Assembly (NCBI GenBank): GCA_951406725.2
Contig: OX597832.1
Coordinates: forward strand, 69,254,001 to 69,318,000
Direction: 5' to 3'
DNA: 64,000 bases
Origin: Octopus vulgaris
Lineage: Eukaryota
Below, in pieces: positions 12,658-25,600 of the stretch (position 1 is its first letter; each line of letters opens with the position of its first letter). The notes under the pieces are model-generated. The model ran no database searches, was not told the DNA's origin, and saw only the letters and a program-made list of their open reading frames with translations. The position numbers were made by a program, and so were the translations under genes.

Positions 12658-13305
12658 AAGGTGGTGAGCTGGCAGAATCATTAGAATGTTGGAAGAAATA
12701 TGGTATTGTTTGATTATGCTCTGAGTTCAAATCCCACTCCTATAACTTCAGTTTTCACCCTTTTTGATGTGGATAAATTAAGTACCAGTTATGTGTTTGG
12801 GTCAATGTAATCAGCTAACCCTCCTGCCCTCAAAACGGTTGGCCTCATGTCTAAAACCACAATTCATTATTATTATTGCAGTGAGTTGTAGAATTGTTAA
12901 CATACCAAAACAAAATGCTTAGCAGCATTTCAACTGTTTTTACATTCTGAGTTCAAATGCTGCCGAGGTCATCTTTGCCTTGCATTCTGTCAGGGTTGAT
13001 GAAATAAGTACCAGGGCTGATATAATTGGCTACCCCCAATTTCCCCAAAATTTGCTGGCTCGGTGCCAAAATTTGAAAGTATTACAGTGAGGAATTGGTA
13101 GAATCTTTAGTGCTTTGGACAAAAATGCTTTGTGGCATTTATTTTGGTGTTTTACATTACAAGTTCAAATCTCATCAAGGCCAACATTGTCTTTTGTCCT
13201 TTCAGAATCAATAAAATAAAGAATGGTCAAGAACTAGAGTCAAAGAAATTGATTTGCCCCTCTCATCAAATTGTTGAACTTGAACCAAAATTGAATTTAT
13301 TATAA
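12658..13305 (+). mobile_element. Three head-to-tail diverged copies of SINE family A
   Basis: Units at about 12658-12877, 12878-13085 and 13086-13305. Each has a head, GTTCAAAT B-box, Meta-like core and ATT-rich end. Confidence 0.75.
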
Positions 13306-13397
13306 TTGTTGCTGTTGTTGATTGTTGTGTGAATGATCATGTTTTGTAGTGTTCTTCTTAAAAATCATTTGAGTAGAAATAATTCTTCCTCTTAATA

Positions 13398-13810
13398 AGG
13401 CAGGTTTTGGTGGTGTGGTTAAGGAGCCTGCTTTGCAGCCATGTGATTTGCAGCCATGTGATTTCAGCCCTGTGTAACAGCCTCAGGAAATGTCTTCTAC
13501 AACACTCCTGGGTTGACCAATGCCTTTGCCAGATGGAAACTGTTTAGAAGCTTGTAGTGTGTGTGCATGAATGTAAGTGTGTACGTGTGCATGTGAGTGT
13601 GTGTGTATGTGTGCTGGTTTGACCCCACCACCATCCATTTTGGTTCATTTACATCCCCATAACTCAGTAGTTTGGCAAAAGAGAATGACAAACGTTAAGC
13701 ACCAGACTTAAAAACTAGGTACTCGAGCTGATCTGTTCAGCTAAAGCCCTTTAAGGTGATGCCCCAGCATGGCCACAGTCCAATGACTGAAGCAAGTAGG
13801 AAATAAAAGA
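13398..13810 (+). mobile_element. tRNA-derived SINE family B (internal (TG)n, CR1-like 3' tail)
   Basis: Head GGTGTGGTTAAG..., body TGTCTTCTAC...GACCAATGCC...AGATGGAAACTG, tail GCCCCAGCATGGCCACAGTCCAATGACTGAAGC. Copies at 33291 and 42287. Confidence 0.8.
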
Positions 13811-16327
13811 TACATCGGTTTACAACATCTATGTCTCGTGGTGTTCAGTTGAGAAGCTTTACTCAGATATTGACTGTATTACCACATTACAAGTATTGCA
13901 TTTGTCTTAGACAATTGTATTAAATTATGTGGCAACACTAACACAAAAGATATATCTGAAAATTATAGGTTTATCTATAAATTTGAAATTTAGAAACGAT
14001 ATATATATATATATATATATACATACAAACAAATAAACCAAACCAAAAAGGAGATAAGGATTCTCAACTAATTATGGGGTATTTGTGTTATGATTGATGC
14101 CATTGTGCAAGTAAATTTCATTTCTATGTTTGCACATATACACACACAGATATATGTGTGTGTGTGTGTGTATGTATATATATATATAATTATATATATA
14201 TATACATATGTACATACATGTATATGCGTGTGTGTGCGCATATATGTATATGTTAGGTTTTATATTATTTTGCTAAAATTACCAGACACCATATTATGCT
14301 TAATGACAAATTGGTATTAAATTCTAAGATAAAGGGATTTATTTTTTCTTTTTAAATAAGGAAAATGATTTATCTTCATTTTTTCTTTTTGAACAAATTT
14401 CAAATAAAGAGCAATATAACAACAGACCATTAAATGTCTTATTCTTTCCTTATATTGCGTATATGTGTGTATAAAATATATATCTGTATTATACATATAG
14501 AGCTCTATAGACATATACATATTATATAATACATATTTATTACACGTACATCCATAAAAATATAAACGTACACATGTATACTTATATATTGTATGCACAC
14601 ATACACACAATATACATATATATATATATATATACACACATTTATACATGCTTATAAACATATACACGCAAATAAGTACACGCATGCCCCTATATATAGA
14701 TGCATATGTGTGTGTGTGTGTGTGTGTGTGGGTGTGTGTGTGTGTATACACTCATGTACCCAGATATATACACGCATGCTAACATACATACGTTTGTCTT
14801 ATGTGTGTATGTAGGCATCTCCGTTCTTTCCCTAATAACCAGTCATATTGTTTCAAGTGATACAGCTTACATCGACAACAATCATGCCAATTCTCACAAA
14901 AGGATCCTTTCTTCCTCCCCACATGTCTCTTATCAATTATATTCTTTACCTCATTCAAAGAATTGCACAGTTTTCTTTTGTGAAGGCAATTATTGCTCCT
15001 CCTCCTTTTCCTGTTCTTCAATGGTAAGAAACCCTTGCAGTCATCGGAAATATACTTCTGTGTATATATTCACAGTCAACAGAAAGTTGTCTGTGACATG
15101 TTCAACGGAGGGTGAGTGGTTACACACACACATTGTAGTTAGAAGTGTGAACTGACAATGGTTAGATATGAAACATTCTGTAGCACCACCAATCCAAGCG
15201 ACCACAGTATTCTTGGAATGGTATAAGCAACAGCAAATAATAGCAAGTGCAATAATAGTAGTACTGGTGAGGATGGTTGTGTTGTTAGATGTGGTGTCTG
15301 TTTTAGGCACAAGGCCAGACATTTTGAGGGAAGGAAGAGGCTCAATCAATACCATAGTACTTCACTAATTAATTTTTTTCCAGATGGAAATCAATGACCA
15401 CAGCAGTTTACATGGCTTCCAAATTTATGTCTATGGCAGGCAACAACCAACTAGATTTTTCTTTTCCATGCTCAGTGTTGTTACCAATGTTACTAATATC
15501 TTGTCTCTCCATCCTTCAACTCCATTTTACTTACTGGCTGGCTTGAAATTCTGAAATTATTTTCAATTCTATTAAGAAGTGGAATGGATAATTTCCTGTA
15601 AGTCAGTCTGCTGCAAGGCCCCAGCAGACAAAATGGAAATGGTGTGGCCCCACAGGATGGTGAGGAAGATATGCAAGAAGAGCCACTCAGATGCACTTGT
15701 GGATAGCCATCTCTGCCCTGAAAACAGTGAGCAGGGACACGGTCTGGGGGCTGAGAACACCTGAGGTCTCCACTGTCACAGACTCAGCCCCATACCAGTC
15801 AGAGAGCAACAATCATGTTTTTCTCAGCCTGACCAACAGTGGAACCTGGGCTGGTAGCTGACCACACCATGTCACAAGATGTCACAGATGTGGCATCCCA
15901 GATGAGGAGCCTACTGTCACAGAATGGGAAAATTGTCATATTTCCAAGTTTTATACTTGTGAGATAAAAGGAAAAGCTAACACATGTAGGGATCCAGACT
16001 CAGGGAGTAAAATAGCCACAACAAATACCATAAAGGATTGTCCTGATGATTTAATGGTTCTGTCCCCTCATCACTCTTAATGATTCTTTCTCAGACACAA
16101 GGCCAGCAATGCTGAGGTGAAGGGGAGACTGGTAATTCATTATATTGACTCCTGTGGGGATGAAAACCAAAATTCACCAATTCCATATGATAGTCACAGA
16201 TCACCAAGAAGTTGTATTTCAGTTCTGTTGAAAGTCAACAGTGTTCACTGCCCTACAATTTAGACCATCACCATTAAAGCCACAGAGTACTTTACCCATA
16301 AATTATCAAGATGGTGTGAGTGTATGA

Positions 16328-16395
<68 letters not shown>

Positions 16396-16396
<1 letters not shown>

Positions 16397-16960
16397 TGAC
16401 AACAAAAGAATGAAAGAGACCTCAATATTATGTAAATAGAGGAATTTATCTATAATATATGACAATTAGTTGGTTGCCATAATAAAACTCAGAGTTATAT
16501 ATACATATGGGTGTGTGTGTGGGTGTGCATGTATGCGTTTCATGTGAGTGTGAATGAGCATATACATATATGCACATGCACATGGGTGTGCATGCGTGCA
16601 TGTGTATGTATGTACATGCATGTATACACGGATTCTATGAGTGTGGGTTCACCTTCTTCAAGTATTTTTACTTTCTCCCTATTCACATAATTTCCTTTTA
16701 TTTAATGGTCATTCTCATTGCTCTTTTGTCTGTCTTAATAATGGTCATCTTCATAGTAATTTCTCTTTATCTAACGGTCATTTTCATAGCATTTTTGTTT
16801 GTCTTAATAACTGACGAGATGCTGGAGCAGACTTCTGCCTCGACATCCGAAACTCTGAGTTTTATTATGGCAACTGACTAATAGTCACATATTATGTTAT
16901 AGATAAAATCCTCTATTTACATAATATCGAGGTCTCTTTCATTCTTTTGTTTTCATATTA
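16396..16960 (+). mobile_element. Penelope-type terminal repeat fragment with hammerhead motif, plus an inverted partial copy (16396-16496)
   Basis: 16396-16496 is the imperfect reverse complement of about 16852-16956. Flanked by (TA)n/(TAA)n. Hammerhead core at 16811-16861. Confidence 0.65.
16799..16873 (+). ncRNA. Putative type I hammerhead ribozyme (Penelope-associated)
   Basis: Stem I TAATAA/TTATTA (extendable), CTGACGA, stem II GATG...CATC, CGAAA, stem III ACTC-T-GAGT, cleavage triplet GUU. Confidence 0.6.
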
Positions 16961-17021
16961 TTATTATTAATATATATATATGCTAAACGATGATGATGAT
17001 GATGATGATATATATATATAT

Positions 17022-18029
17022 CATCATCATCATCATCATCATCGTTTAACGTCCGCTTTCCATGCTAGCATGGGTTGGACGGTTCAACTGGGGTCTGGGA
17101 AGCCCGAAGGCTGCACCAGGCCAGTCAGATGTGGCAGTGTTTCTACAGCTGGATGCCCTTCCTAACGCCAACCACTCCGAGAGTGTAGTGGGTGATTTTA
17201 TGTGCCAGACGAGGCTGGCAGATGGCCACGCTCGGATGGTGTTTTTTATGTGCCACCGACACAGGTGCCAGACGAGGCTGGCTGACGGCCACGCTCGGAT
17301 GGTGTTTTCTTATGTGTCACCGACACAGGTGCCAGACGAGGCTGGCGGACGGCCACGCTCGGATGGTGTTTGTTACGTGCCCTCAGCACGGAGGCCAGTC
17401 ATTGCGGTACTGGCTACGGTCACGTTCGGATGGTTTTCTTATGTGCCACCGGCACTGGTACCACAAGGATACAAATTCCATTGATGTTCATCTATTTTGA
17501 TTTGGTTCGATTTGATTTGATTTGATTCGATACGATTCTCACTTGCCTCAACAGGTCTTCACAAGTGTCACAAGAAGGAAGGTATGCACAGGTGGACTGA
17601 CTACGTCCCAGGTAGGGGCCACGGATTATGGCTTCACTAGTCTTGCCGGGTCATCTCACGCACAGCATACTTCCATAGGTCTTGGTCTCTAGTCATTTCC
17701 ATGGTGAGACCTAACGTCCGAAGGTCGTGCTTCACCACCTCGTCCCAGGTTTTCCTGGGTCTACCTCTTCCACGGGTTCCCTCAACTGCTAGGGATTGGC
17801 ACTTTCTCACACACCTATCTTCATCCATTCTCGCCACATGACCATACCAGCGCAATCGTCTCTCTTGCACACAACAACTGATGCTTCTTAGGTACAACAT
17901 TTCTCTCAAGGTACTAACGCTCTGTCGAGTAAGTACACTGACATTACACATCCATCGGAGCATAGTGGCTTCGTTCCTCACGAGCTTACGCATGTCCTCA
18001 GCAGTCACGGCCCATGTTTCACTGCCATG
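17022..18029 (-). mobile_element. RTE-clade LINE, 5'-truncated (ORF C-terminus, 3' UTR with tandem subrepeats, (GAT)n tail)
   Basis: ORF 17637-18008: HGSETW, MLRWMCNV, RRLRWYGHVARM and GRGRPRKTW are typical RTE C-terminal motifs. Confidence 0.92.
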
Positions 18030-18129
18030 AAAACAAAAGAATGAAAGAGACCTCGATATTATGTAAATAGAGGATTTTATCTACACTCACACACAAACAT
18101 ATACAGATAGATAGATGGATTGATAGATA

Positions 18130-18460
18130 TGTTTCTTTATTAGCCACACAGGGCTGGACACAGACAGGAAAAATTACAAAGTAGAGCTTTTCTTTTTGGG
18201 GAGAAAAAAAAGTTGGGTAGGTTTTCGATTAAAAGGGATTGTAAAAAGGAAAAAAGAAAATGATCAGGTTCATATGATTATTATCAAGGTGGCTTCGTCA
18301 TTCATACATGCCATCCTTGCTACATTCACCCATCTTTTTTGAAACATTCGCTAGACAAAACTTGCCTCTCTACTCTCACTTTCCTTTTCAAGAGGCACTT
18401 GAAGAAGTTGATGAGAGATTGACCAGAGAGGAAAGTGTTTGTTTTTAATCCTTTCAGACG
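18130..18460 (-). mobile_element. Tx1/L1-clade LINE 3' fragment
   Basis: RLKGLKTNTFLSGQSLINFFKCLLKRKVRVERQVLSSECFKKRWVNVARMA is homologous to the C-terminus of the 22675-26540 element. 3' end CAGCCCTGTGTGGCTAATAAAGAAA. Confidence 0.8.
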
Positions 18461-18837
18461 TGTGTGTGTGTGTATCTGCATTGCATTCCAACAGAACAAT
18501 GACAAGAGTATTCATGGGTTTTAGGGTTTTAGCAGCAAAAGCAATGTCTGATCTCAGTTTCTATTTGAAACTTTCTTCTTTTATTTGTATGAATTTGTAC
18601 AATGAACTTCTTTCTGGCTTATATCCAGCATTTCTAATAAGAACCAGTTTGAGTGCAAGTGCTAAGCTGTCATGCTCAACTTGTCACATCCAGGACGCTC
18701 TGCTGGATCATGAGCGGGAGTGCTGGCAGAGAGGATCTATGTATCTTCTTGGAAATATAGGCACCTTAAACAATTAGCAAAAGCATGCTACATGCTGCCA
18801 AATCAGCCTTGATTCCCACACACGAGAATTATTAAAT

Positions 18838-19031
18838 TTAACCCTTTTTGATTTCAACTTATCTGAGACTGCCTTGGGTTTTATGGCACAACCTGTCACT
18901 TTTAAAGGGATCTAAATTAAAACATTTCATCAAAGTGCTGCTCAATAATGACCAAAGTTATTTAACTAAATTCTTCATTATTTTCATAAATAAAGGCAGT
19001 GTACCAACGGAGAAATGTGGTTAAAAAGGTC
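18838..19031. mobile_element. Degenerate piggyBac-like MITE
   Basis: TTAACCCTTTTTGA at the left end and TTAAAAAGGTCAA at the right; body related to 6968-7340. Confidence 0.45.
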
Positions 19032-19339
19032 AACAGATGCCAAAGAGAAGCTTATCAGTCTGGCACCGCTCAGCAGCGGAGGAGAGCGAAGAAGAAGCCA
19101 ACAGCAGGAGTGAGACAGTCTCTATTGCTAATGGATCCAGAAGCCTCGGGTTCTCAATATCAGCTACATGTGATGGCAGGTGGTATGTCTGCTGTGTTCG
19201 TCTGACATTGAATTCATCGCAGGCAAACCTCTGTTCAGTCATGTGGATATGATTCTTAATTGTTCTGCTGTTTCACCAGTTCTGTCAGTGTTGGACAACA
19301 AACAAACAGACAAAACATTCTGAGCAACACTGAACACAT

Positions 19340-20356
19340 GCACACACGAGCATGTGTGTATATGTGTGTATATATATATTTACGTGCAGAAATATATACA
19401 CACACAAGCACATAGACATACGTAAGCATATATATATATATATGTATAGACACAAACAAACACACAAGGACACACTCACACAAGGATGTACATGTACACA
19501 GATACACACAAGCACACATACATGTGCACAAACATATCCATGAACACAGACATATACAAGCATATTCAGCACAGACACACACACCCCTGCATATATATAT
19601 ATATATATATGTCCGTAAGTATCTACACACATACACACACCAACACGTTGACAGGTGCAAGTAAGTGTGTGTGTATGCGTGCGCAACCATATTTAGTGAA
19701 TCACACACAAAAATCTACATGTCGGCTTGAAACTCATATACACTTGCATGTGTGCACAAAGATGCATGTATATGCATTAGACACACAAATGAATCAAAAT
19801 ACAAATACTTAATCAGATACACACAAAAAAGAATATTAAAAATTATCACAAATAGTTTCAGAAGCACGCGCGCGCGCGCACACACACACACACAGAGTCA
19901 AGCACGAGTGCACATACACACACAGATATTCTAGCATGTATTCACAGTGAAACACACTTAATGCTCATGTATACAAATACACCCCACCTCAAACACGATC
20001 ATATGCGATAGACACACACACACACGAAGCCCAAAGACACACACAGACTCCAGAGTCTTCACACAAGCATGCATCTATGCAAACGCATGCACACACACAC
20101 ACTCAACAAACTAAAGCATGCACACATACATACAAATACACTTATATGTACATACACACACAGACCTCAGCACGCACACACACACATTCAAACGAATGGC
20201 CATTTATGTTTTGTTTTTAGTTTCACTTTATTTCACTGTGTTGGTGTCTCCTCACGAAAACATTACATGAAATGGTGGGAAGTGTATAATTTTATGTGGT
20301 TAATGAGATCGTCTTAATTACAATGCCTTGGTAGAAAGAGAGAGAGAAAGAGAGAT

Positions 20357-20402
<46 letters not shown>

Positions 20403-21620
20403 CAGATAATAACTGGTGATTTGAGGTACTTCAGTCTGGGTACTGTCGGAGTTTTATAGCTGGAGGATGGCGGTGGTGGTGGTGGTGATGGGATATTGAG
20501 AAAGAACAACAGAACAGAGAAAGTAAAACATCGTTCAAACAACATATAGAGAATAGGGGTTAGGGGTGAGGTTGAGAAAGAGAGAAAGAATAAGAGAGTG
20601 AAGGGAGAGAGCCAACACACACACACACGTGTGTGTGAATGAATGAGGGAATGAGTTTCCTCAAAAGAGAAGGCTGGAGAGGAATGAGAGAATGGAGACG
20701 AGAGGGATGGCTATACACAGACACAGACACATGTATATATAATATTCATACAGCAATCTATATGTATGGGTGTGTGTGTGGAGAGAGAGGGGTGAGGAGG
20801 AGAGAAGTGGTGGACAGGAAGACAGTGGCTGGGAAATGGACAGAGGGAAAAAAGAGGAACAGAGAGGGAGGAGAGATTCTGAAGGGGAAAGCAGAGTGAG
20901 TGAAGGTGGAGGCAGAGATTGTGAAGAGGGGGCCAGAAAGAATGAAGGAAAGCAGAGAGAGTGAAGAGGGGAATGGCAGAGAGATGAAGAGGAGAAGAAA
21001 GAGAGTGAAGAAGGGGGCAGAGAGGAAGAGAGAGAGGGAGCAAAATAAGATAGAAATAGAGACAGAGAGTGAGAGAGTGAAAGACAGTGATTGATAGAGA
21101 GAGTGTATGAGACAGTGACAAACAGACAGACAGAGAATAAATGAGAGAGAGAGAGAGAGAGAGAGACAGAGGGAAGGAGGAGAGGAAGAGAGACAAGACA
21201 TTTTCTGTATTGTCAACACATACAAATATGACATAATAAAGCCCCCCCCCGCTGCACACACACACACACACACACAATGCAAATATTAAAACAGACAATC
21301 GATCTGTTCAGAGACATCAAAAGAGAGAGAAAGAGTGAAATTGAGAGAGAATAAGAAAGAGTTATCTATTTGTGCGATATGTGTATGTGTGTGTGAGAGA
21401 GAGAGAGAGACGAGAGAGAGAAGGGAAGGGAATATTCAGTGTCAACACCTAAAGGAAACAATTTACTGATATGTTGATAAAGAGGAAAAGAACCATACAT
21501 AGATATAAATATATATATACAGACATATATATATATATATATATATACAAAGCATACATTATATATGAACATATATATATCTATATATAAACATATACAT
21601 ATATATACACACATTCTACC
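19340..21620. repeat. Low-complexity region: degenerate (CA)n, long GA-rich tract, (TA)n
   Basis: Seen directly. Confidence 0.9.
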
Positions 21621-22029
21621 AGTAATATTTTTCATGCAAAATTGTCTGACCTCTAGTTGTTAATCGGTTTATTACTCATCATTATGTGCTGATAATTTCT
21701 CTATTTCTCCACCGTCCCCCCTAAATATCCCTTTATTATTATGTGCTGCGATAATTTTGCCCGTCCAAGTCATCGCTCTCTCCCCTATCAACCTTCGCGT
21801 ATTCGCGGTGCCCACCCCCACCACCAATACCGGATATCTCTATTTTGCTCCATCTATACCGGATGTCGTTTCTCCCACCACCATTATAGGTGTCTACTCT
21901 TTGAACCCCCCTTCTTCAATACGCTATTTCACCATGCATTACCCCTCTCTCGATATCCTACGTTCTACTTGCCTAGAACCCGTCATCATTTCTCTGAACC
22001 ACCCCTCCCACTGGTGCTCCCCTATATTT

Positions 22030-22290
22030 CTGCACCCCCCCACATAAAAAGCACCATCCGAACGTGGCCGATGCCAGACCCCTCTGGCACCTGTGCAGGT
22101 GGCACGTAAAAAACACCCACTACACTCGCGGAGTGGTTGGCGTTAGGAAGGGCATCCAGCTGTAGAAACACTGCCAGACTAGACTGGAGCCTGGGGCAGT
22201 CCCGAGCTCCCCAGACCCCGGTCGAAACCGTCCAACCCGTGCTAGCGCGGAAAACGGACGTTAAACGATGATGATGATGATGATGATGAT
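22030..22290 (+). mobile_element. RTE 3' UTR fragment, young and CpG-rich
   Basis: GTGCAGGTGGCACGTAAAAAACACCC...GGCGTTAGGAAGGGCATCCAGCTG...GTTAAACGATGATGAT. Confidence 0.85.
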
Positions 22291-22339
22291 ACACATATAT
22301 ATATATAAAAGAGTAGACAAATTGATTGTGCACTAAGCA

Positions 22340-22379
<40 letters not shown>

Positions 22380-22674
22380 TACCCTCTCAAACTACACTTA
22401 CACACGCAACACAGACATTAAAAAAAAGAACCAGAAAAGGTCCCCAAAACACAAAGAGTTAAGTGATTACCTAAATGACAAATAAAAATGGATCATGTGA
22501 TGCTTTCTTGCTGTTAATCAATTTCAGAATATAAATGTAAAACTATTTTATAATACAAAACCAACAAAGATAATATAAGTATAAATATATACAAGCAAAA
22601 GTGAGTTGTAACATCATTGTAGATTATTATTATTGATTTTTTCTTTTTCTTTTTTTTATTTTCACCTTTGAAAC

Positions 22675-25600
22675 ATGGCAAAACTTAGAATCGGTTGCTT
22701 GAATGTGAGAGGCCTCGGGTCACCTTGGAAACAGGGTCACCTGTTAAACGACCTGAGGTTTCATGATGTGGATGTAGCAGCCATCAGTGAAACCTGGCTC
22801 TCCGACCCGCAGGAACTCGCAGCCCTTTTCGGCGGATACAAGATATTTCTATCTCCGTGTCGGCCGGGAGCAGGCGGTGGTGGTACTGCGGTGTTGTTTC
22901 GGAAGGGCCTGGATTTGAAAATAAGGACAGTCTTCCTGGATCCGGAAGGTAAGTTGGTGGTCCTCAACGTAGACGGTAGTAACAGCGGTGCTTTCAGACT
23001 GCTGGCTGCCTACGCTCCGACAGGAGCAGGGCAGTCGGATTATTTCAAATGTCTGGAAGTTTTCCTGGGAACGTCACGCACTCTAGTGCTAGTTGGGGAT
23101 TGGAACGCTGTCTTAGACGAACGTTTCGATCGGGTGGGCAGGGGAGCATCTGATAGGAGAGGAGGAGGGTGCAAGAACCTCGCCAACCTACTCGGACGCT
23201 TTCAGCTGTCCGACAGGTTTCGACTAGACAACCCGAATGTGCCAATGTGGACTTGGACCAATCGCATCGGATTGTCTAGATCATACTTAGATAGAGTGTT
23301 TTGTAGGCCAGCAGATAAGGACAGCATAGGGTGTCCACAATTCCACCAGGTCGACTACACGGACCACAAATTATTGATCTGTACGGTCGACTTAGATAGG
23401 CTACATAGACAGGGACCTGGCTACTGGAAGCTGAACGTGTCGTTAACGGCATGCAAAGCTTACTGAGACCGGATTAGTTTATTAGTTAAGCGGGCACTCA
23501 CGGGGGCAATCATCAACAACAACTGGTGGTTTGCCCTCAAGAGAGCAATTAGAGTAGAGTCGATTAGGTTTAGTAAGACTCTAGCTATTGAACGTAGGAA
23601 GAGAGAGCGGGATTTAGTTAAGAAGCTAGACGAGGCTCTTGAGACTGGCATCGCGACCGACATGTTGGCGGCAAGGTTGGCCCTTGACTAACACTTTGAC
23701 GCCAAACACGAAGGCTGCGTTGTCAGAGCTAAGGCACGTTCGCTAAGCGGGGAGGGGACTAGAGCCGCTCGATGGGCCCACGTGGCGGAGGCGAAGCGAG
23801 GCAACAAAGCAACCATTCGGTCTTTGGTGGACCAGAACGGGCGCGAGGTTACCGAACCAAAGCAGATGTGTACGGTGTTTCAGCGGCACTTTGCTCAACT
23901 GGTTGGGATGAGCGGTGGAACGCACAATGGTGCAGACTTCGGTGTGTACCTGGATGGCCTACCGCAACTCTCGGACAGCGAGGCAGAGTGCTGCGAAGGA
24001 CCGATATCTGCCTGGGAAGTGGAGGAAGCGATGAAGAGTTGCACGAGAGGTAGATCGCCGTGTTTGGATGGTCTGCCCTACGAGCTTTACACTTCAATGC
24101 CAGACTTGTTTGCGGGCCTGTTGGCAAACGTCTACTGCAACTGGCAGCAAAACGGAAGAATTCCTGCTTTTGTCTGTCGAGGGGTTGTGGCTTTGCTAAA
24201 AAAGGACCCAAACAAGGGGGACGTTATAGGGAATTTTCAGCCCATCACTCTGCTCAATGCAGAGTTGAAGATTTTGGCCAAGGTGCTAGCCAAGAGATTG
24301 GCGCTTGTCGTGGACAAGCTGGTCGGCAAGACGCAGACATGTGCTGTACCGACCAGGTCGATACACGACAACCTCCATCTCATGCGCTACATCATAGAGA
24401 GGGTGGGTAATGACGCTGGCGCGGGTGGGGCTTTGATCAACTTAGATCAGAGTAAAGCCTTCGATAGGGTCGACCATCGGTACCTGGTAGCTGTTCTCAA
24501 GGCAGCCAGCTTCGGTCCAGTCTTCCGCGGGTGGATCGCTGCTTTATACAGCAACATCTGCTCGGTGATACGGGTGAACGGTCACCTTTCGGAACAGTTC
24601 GACATCTCGCGTTCAGTCCGCCAAGGATGCCCTCTCTCCTTCTTGTACATATTGACTCTCAAGCCATTACTGTTCAAGTTGGGGGCTTTGAGGGGTATCC
24701 CACGCGATCTAGGAGGCGGAAACAGCATGTCTGCCTATGCCGACGACATCACCGTGATGGTGTTGAGCCACAGGCACATTGGCCTGATTGGCGAGACACT
24801 AAACGAGTACGAAGTGGTGACAGGGGCAAAGATTAACGCGGAAAAGTCTGTGAGCTTGCAACTGGGCACCTGGAGAGGCAAGCCCATGCCGTCCAACAGC
24901 GTCGCAGGGTGGCACGTCTCACCCAGAAATGGGCCGAGAGGAAGCTGTCCCTGAAAGGTCAAGCGGAGGTGGCGAATGCATACATCGCATCCGTCATCTA
25001 TTACCTATTTCTTTATTACCCACAAGGGGCTAAACATAGAGGGGACAAACAAGGACAGACATAGGTATTAAGTCGATTACATCGACCCAGTGCGTAACTG
25101 GAACTTAATTTATCGACCCCGAAAGGATGAAAAGCAAAGTCAACCTCGGCGGAATTTGAACTCACAACGTAATGACAAGCGAAATACTGTTAAGCATTTC
25201 GCCCGGCGTGCTAACGTTTCTGTCAGCTCTCCGTTTCTGCTAACGTTTCTGCCATCTATTACCACTTGACCGTCGTCCCTTGTCCCCACCGCTGGTTGGC
25301 CAAGCTGGTACGCTTGCTCTTCAACTTTTTGTGGAAGGGTCAGGTGCCACTGGTCAGGCGATCCATCTGCTGTCAACGACCGCTGAACGGAGGCCTTGGC
25401 ATGCTGTGGTTACTGATGCGCAGACATGCGCTCAGGCAGCGACATCTCAAGTGTTTCCTAGACAGTGATCAGGTGTGGTCGTCTTTTGTCAGATGCGACT
25501 TTCCGCAGCTCGTCTCTTTGACAGAGCTGCAGACCTGGATCAAATGTAGACCGAGAAAGGGCGCTTAGCACCTCGAGTGCCGTCAAGCTCTCTCTACCCT

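Noticed and set aside
14950-15057. Possible 108-nt minus-strand exon (KYISDDCKGFLPLKNRKRRRSNNCLHKRKLCNSLNE) as the next CCDC39 exon
   Set aside because: AG/GT ends and an open frame are present, but the pyrimidine tract is poor and the resemblance to CCDC39 is short and gapped. It needs RNA-seq.
17190-17460. CRISPR-like repeat/spacer appearance of the ~63-nt units
   Set aside because: The spacers are homologous to each other, the array lies in an RTE 3' UTR, the context is eukaryotic and there are no cas genes.
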